Part shown: positions 60,067-64,000 of the stretch, one piece after another
How the letters are laid out: every line of letters starts with the position of its first letter
Numbering within the stretch: the first letter of the stretch is position 1
Source: Candidatus Multivorans sp.
Lineage (GTDB): Bacteria > Acidobacteriota > Thermoanaerobaculia > Multivoradales > Multivoraceae
NCBI GenBank assembly: GCA_965224025.1
Contig: OZ245033.1
Span: 4,928,001 to 4,992,000, forward strand
Length of the DNA stretch: 64,000 nt
Direction: 5' to 3'
Made by a program: the position numbers and the translations under genes
Notes under the pieces: model-generated
Database searches by the model: none
Seen by the model: only the letters and a program-made list of their open reading frames with translations
What the model was told of the DNA's origin: nothing

Positions 60067-61386
60067 ATGGCAAAGCGGAAGGCGGAGCGTCTGGAAGTCG
60101 TTCACCCGGATTGCGCCGGTGTGGACGTAGGCAAGCGCAAGCACTACGTGGCGGTGGCCCCGTCGCGTTTCGAGCGGCCGGTGCGCAATTTCTCGTCGTT
60201 CACGGAGGACCTCGAGGCGATGGCCTCGTGGCTTCAGGAGTGCGGCGTGCGTGAGGTGGCGCTGGAGTCGACGGGGGTGTACTGGATTCCGGTGTTCGAG
60301 GTGCTGGACCGGGCGGGGTTCGAGGTGCATCTGGTGAATCCTCGGGCGACCAAGCAGGTGAGTGGCCGCAAGAGTGACGTTCTGGACTGCCAGTGGATCC
60401 GGCAGTTGATGAGCTACGGGCTCCTGCGCGGTGCGTTTCGCGCGCCGGACGAGTTGTGTCCGCTGCGTTCGTACACGCGGCAGCGCGCCCAGTTGGTCCG
60501 CGACCGCAGCCGCGCGGTGCAGCACATCCAGAAGGCTCTGGTGCAGATGAACGTGCAGTTGGACAACGTGCTGAGCGACATCATGGGCAAGACCGGCCAG
60601 TTGATCGTGCGCGCGATCGTCGCCGGCGAGCGCGACGGCGCGGCGCTGGCCCGTCACCGGGACGGTCGCTGCAAGGCTGGTCCGGCTGTGATCGCGGCGA
60701 GTTTGCAAGGCAACTGGCGAGACGAGCACCTGTTCGCTCTGGGCCAGGCGCTGGCCCGCTACGACATGCTGCAAGGCCAGATCGAGATGTGCGAGAAGCG
60801 CATCGACGCCGAGCTCGACGGTCTGGCCCAAGACGGCGTCGAGGACGCGCCGCCGCCCGGTTCGAAGGCGCGCGAGCGCGCCCTGCGGAAGCGGCTGCAT
60901 CGCATGCTCGGCGTGGACCTGGTCGCCATTCCGACGGTCGGCGTCGAAACCGCGCTGACCTTCGCCGCTGAGATCGGCCCGGACCTGTCCCGGTTTCCCT
61001 CGCAGGGCAACTTCTGCTCGTGGCTGTGTCTGGCTCCACCGACCAACATCAGCGGCGACAAACGGCTGAACGGCCCTCCCGTGAAGCAGACCAACCGGGT
61101 CGGCCAGGCGCTGCGCCAAGCCGCCACCACAGCCCGCAACAGCAAGACCGCCATCGGAGCCTCTCACCGCCGGCGTCTCCAGCACATGGAGAAGGCGAAG
61201 GCCATCAAGGCCACCGCTCATCAACTCGGCCGACTGATCTACGCCATGCTGACCCACGGCGAAGAGTACGTCGAGCGCGACCTCGCCGAAATGGAGGCCG
61301 TCCGACGCGAACGACAAATCAGAAACCTGCAGCGTCAGGCCCGCCGCCTGAATCTGGCTCTCGTGCCGACCGAACATGCCGCCTGA
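60067..61386 (+). CDS. IS110-family DEDD transposase/recombinase
   Basis: GVDVGK, ALESTGVYW, RKSDVLDC (DEDD RuvC-like) and C-terminal AEIGPDLSRF…NISG serine motif; GGAGG RBS. Confidence 0.95.
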   Translation: MAKRKAERLEVVHPDCAGVDVGKRKHYVAVAPSRFERPVRNFSSFTEDLEAMASWLQECGVREVALESTGVYWIPVFEVLDRAGFEVHLVNPRATKQVSGRKSDVLDCQWIRQLMSYGLLRGAFRAPDELCPLRSYTRQRAQLVRDRSRAVQHIQKALVQMNVQLDNVLSDIMGKTGQLIVRAIVAGERDGAALARHRDGRCKAGPAVIAASLQGNWRDEHLFALGQALARYDMLQGQIEMCEKRIDAELDGLAQDGVEDAPPPGSKARERALRKRLHRMLGVDLVAIPTVGVETALTFAAEIGPDLSRFPSQGNFCSWLCLAPPTNISGDKRLNGPPVKQTNRVGQALRQAATTARNSKTAIGASHRRRLQHMEKAKAIKATAHQLGRLIYAMLTHGEEYVERDLAEMEAVRRERQIRNLQRQARRLNLALVPTEHAA

Positions 61387-61453
61387 ATCGCGCAACCTGC
61401 GCTGCCAACAAGGAACCCCTACCCGTTTGTTCCATGCAAGACTGCGCAGGCTC

Positions 61454-62830
61454 CTACGGATCGGCGCCCATGCGCTTGCCGCGCTGCACTTGGCCCCAGC
61501 GTTCGAGGCGCAGGTGGGTGGCCCGCCCTGTCTCCGCATCCACCTCGAAGATCGCGATCTGCTCCCGGTCGCGGGTGCCGACGAAGCGGTGCTCCCCGAT
61601 CGGCACCGTCTCCGTGCCGGCGATCATCAGCTTGCCGTCCTTGACCAGGACGGGGATCGGGTTCCGGCCGAAGTCGTAGATGCCGGCGTAGCGCTTCAAC
61701 TCGTCCGGTTCCAGTGTCACAGCGGCGTGTTCGGCCTCCTGTACGCCGAGGACCGCGCGGGCGATTCGGGCCTCGAGCGGGCCCGGTTCGGCTGACGTGC
61801 TGTTGCTGAGCACGGCGACGACCAACTCGTCGTCCGGGTACCAGGAAAGCTGGCTCAGGAAACCGTTGATTCCGCCGCCGTGGGAGATCTTCCGGTGACC
61901 CGCCATCTCGCCGACCTGTAGGCCGAGGCCGTAACCGATCTCCTCGCCGCCCGGCAGCCGGCGCCTGGTGGTCATCGCGCTGAGGCTGTCCGGCGTCACG
62001 ACATCGCCGGCGCCGAGCGCCGTGGTCCAGCGCGCGAGGTCGAGAACGCTCGAGCCCAGGGAGCCGGCCGAGAAGGGCAGCAGCATGGAGAGCGGTTCGT
62101 CGTTCAGCAGGACGCCGTCTTCGACCCGGTAGCCCTCGGCACGGTTGGGGACGATCGGATCGTTGTAGAGGTAGTGCGACTCCCGCATTCCGAGCGGGCG
62201 GAAGAACGTCTCCCGGAGGTACTCGGCGTAGCTGCGGCCGCTCGCCTTCTCGATCAGCAGGCCGGCCAGGTAGTAGCCGGAGTTGCTGTACTGGTAGCGG
62301 TCGCCGGGCTCGAACTCGTAGGGCTGGGCCGAGAACAGTTCGATCATCTGCTCGTGGGAGAGGTCGAGCCGGCTCTGCTCCCAGAACGACGGCATCTCGG
62401 TGTAGCCCTTGATTCCCGAGGTGTGATCGAGCAACTGCCCGACCGTGATGTGGAACTCGCCGACCGGGTAGTCGGGGAAGTACTTCGCGATCGGCTCGTC
62501 GAGGGTGACCTTGCCCGCCTCGGCCAGCTTCAGAACCGCCGCGGCCGTGAACTGCTTGGTGACCGAGCCGATCCGGTAGACCGTGTGCTCGGTTGCCGGC
62601 ACCCGGTTCTCGACGTCGGCGAGGCCGTAGCCCTTGGCGAGGATCAGCTCGCCGCCGGACTGGACCGCGACGGAGATGCCAGGCGTCTGCGTGGCCTCCA
62701 TCGAGTCGGAGACCAACTCGTCGATTCGTTCGAGCAGAGCGCCGCGGTCGTCGCCGGCGGCCGACCCCGGCGCCGGAATCGATGTGAGCGCGGCGAGGAA
62801 GACGGGCCCGGCCCTTGATCTGATTCGCAT
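61454..62830 (-). CDS. Serine hydrolase (class C beta-lactamase-like)
   Basis: GSVTK, LLDHTSG, YSNSGY and HGGGING motifs. Confidence 0.92.
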   Translation of the reverse strand: MRIRSRAGPVFLAALTSIPAPGSAAGDDRGALLERIDELVSDSMEATQTPGISVAVQSGGELILAKGYGLADVENRVPATEHTVYRIGSVTKQFTAAAVLKLAEAGKVTLDEPIAKYFPDYPVGEFHITVGQLLDHTSGIKGYTEMPSFWEQSRLDLSHEQMIELFSAQPYEFEPGDRYQYSNSGYYLAGLLIEKASGRSYAEYLRETFFRPLGMRESHYLYNDPIVPNRAEGYRVEDGVLLNDEPLSMLLPFSAGSLGSSVLDLARWTTALGAGDVVTPDSLSAMTTRRRLPGGEEIGYGLGLQVGEMAGHRKISHGGGINGFLSQLSWYPDDELVVAVLSNSTSAEPGPLEARIARAVLGVQEAEHAAVTLEPDELKRYAGIYDFGRNPIPVLVKDGKLMIAGTETVPIGEHRFVGTRDREQIAIFEVDAETGRATHLRLERWGQVQRGKRMGADP

Positions 62831-62944
62831 GGTGTTTGATCCTATGGCCCCGAGCAGGTCGGCGGTCCGCGGCTACAGGGGGCCAAACAGCGTTAGAGTG
62901 TTGGTTTGGCGGAGGGGCAGCGGCAGGCATCGCCGGGTCGGGCG

Positions 62945-63155
62945 CCCCGTTGTGGGTGTCGCTGGAGCCGATGAAGCCGATCTTGAACGGGTTGCCGCGG
63001 CCCTCCTGCTTGAGCGGGAAACCCGCGAGCAGGTCTACGATGTCGCCTGCTCGGACGGCGGCGCCGTCGATCCGGAAACCCACCGCTGCCCGGACAACGG
63101 AGCGACGGTGGACCTCTCCGACTGCTCCTTCAGTGACGGCGCCGGCGCACCCAGT
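62945..63155. pseudogene. Two oppositely oriented fragments of a DUF3604-like gene
   Basis: Minus strand: NPFKIGFIGSSDTHNGAP. Plus strand: EQVYDVACSDGGAVDPETHRCPDNGATVDLSDCS. Family assignment is from recall. Confidence 0.6.
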
Positions 63156-63164
63156 GAGCGGCCC

Positions 63165-63240
63165 TGGTGGGCCGTGAGGGGATCGAACCCCCGACCCTTG
63201 GATTAAAAGTCCACTGCTCTACCAACTGAGCTAACGGCCC
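63165..63240 (-). tRNA. tRNA-Lys (UUU)
   Basis: GGGCCGTTAGCTCAGTTGGTAGAGCAGTGGACTTTTAATCCAAGGGTCGGGGGTTCGATCCCCTCACGGCCCACCA: 76 nt with encoded CCA, and TATACT -10 box at 63246-63251. Confidence 0.97.
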
Positions 63241-63307
63241 GGCGCAGTATAGTGCCGCGGGCCTCTGGCCTGCGTTTCGAACGGCATCCGCCGCAGGCGG
63301 ATTCCGC

Positions 63308-64000
63308 CTACTCGCCGACGGACCGCACGGTCCCGAACCGGTCCCCCAGCCATCCCTCGAGCCGCCCGCCGCCGCTGAAGACGGTCTCCTCGCGCCGAGG
63401 GCCGGAGGAGATGAGATCCGCGCTCGCGTCGAGCTCCTGTTCGAGGAAGTCGATGTAGTCGAGGGCCGCCCGCGGCAGCTCGCCGCGGTCGAGGACCCCA
63501 CGCGTGTCCTGCTTCCAGCCTGGGAAGGTGCGGTAGACGGGCTCCGCGCCGGCCAGGCGCGAGGTCACCGCGGGCAGATCGCGGACCACCTCGCCGCCGA
63601 TGCGATAGCCGACGCAGACCTGGAGTTCGTCGAGCTCGTCCAGCACGTCGATCTTCGTCAGCGCCAGGCAGCGGGCGCCGTTGACGCGGGCGGCGTGGCG
63701 CAGGATGACCAGGTCGAGCCACCCGCAGCGCCGGTGCCGACCGGTCGTCGTGCCGAACTCGTGACCGCGGTCCCGCAGGTGCAGGCCTACGTCGTCCTTG
63801 AGCTCGGTAGGCATCGGCCCCTCGCCGACCCGGGTCGTGTAGGCCTTGACCACGCCGATGGCGCCGTCGATCGCGGTCGGCGGCACGCCGCTGCCGACCA
63901 CCGCCCCGCCGGCGGTCGAGTTCGAGCTCGTGACGTAGGGGTAGGTCCCGTGATCGACGTCCAGCAGGGCGCCCTGCGCGCCCTCGAACAGCACGGTGCC
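63308..64000 (-). CDS. purA: Adenylosuccinate synthetase (5' part outside window)
   Basis: FEGAQG, HGTYPYVTSS, KAYTTRVGEGP and EFGTTTGRHRRCGW motifs. Confidence 0.96.
   Translation of the reverse strand, partial: GTVLFEGAQGALLDVDHGTYPYVTSSNSTAGGAVVGSGVPPTAIDGAIGVVKAYTTRVGEGPMPTELKDDVGLHLRDRGHEFGTTTGRHRRCGWLDLVILRHAARVNGARCLALTKIDVLDELDELQVCVGYRIGGEVVRDLPAVTSRLAGAEPVYRTFPGWKQDTRGVLDRGELPRAALDYIDFLEQELDASADLISSGPRREETVFSGGGRLEGWLGDRFGTVRSVGE

Larger units (their letters stand above)
59787..61440 (+). mobile_element. IS110-family insertion sequence (predicted ends; AG core at both junctions)
   Basis: IS110 recombinase ORF, long structured 5' non-coding end and short 3' end. Removing 59789-61440 regenerates the palindrome cagtct-agg-agactg. 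Confidence 0.8.

Noticed and set aside
62830-63240. Integrative element at tRNA-Lys
   Set aside because: No integrase and no duplicated tRNA 3' end were seen in the window.

Overview
High-GC bacterial window, probably Acidobacteriota (Thermoanaerobaculia-like; inferred from the LCL..GRF.V/NVELxxKxLDGR C-terminal repeat domain and the Calx-beta proteins). It opens with the N-terminal 9.9 kb of a giant Calx-beta surface protein on the minus strand. This ORF runs off the left edge, so it is missing from the ORF track. It contains a mosaic 672-bp tandem array and an AT-rich inserted module, and shares a duplicated ~112-bp upstream element with the adjacent membrane LytTR regulator. The middle holds metabolic and secreted-protein genes plus two decaying defence hotspots: HipBA, Phd-VapC, a relic TA copy and AAA+DUF4276 fragments; then a dead N4/N6-MTase, RHH-PIN and McrBC. 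These are followed by a TonB receptor-TPR-LytS/LytTR cassette, a further VapBC and housekeeping genes (ppx, ltaE, iron/B12 ABC transporter, peroxiredoxin, coaA, sulfatase, lipid A acyltransferase, tRNA-Lys, purA). The best-supported hidden system is an IS110 element (~59787-61440). Its upstream non-coding end encodes a structured ~155-nt RNA containing 8-nt copies of both element junctions (bridge-RNA-like, putative AG core), and the reconstructed empty site is a palindrome. Many frameshifts and internal deletions occur; real erosion and assembly error cannot be told apart from the sequence alone.
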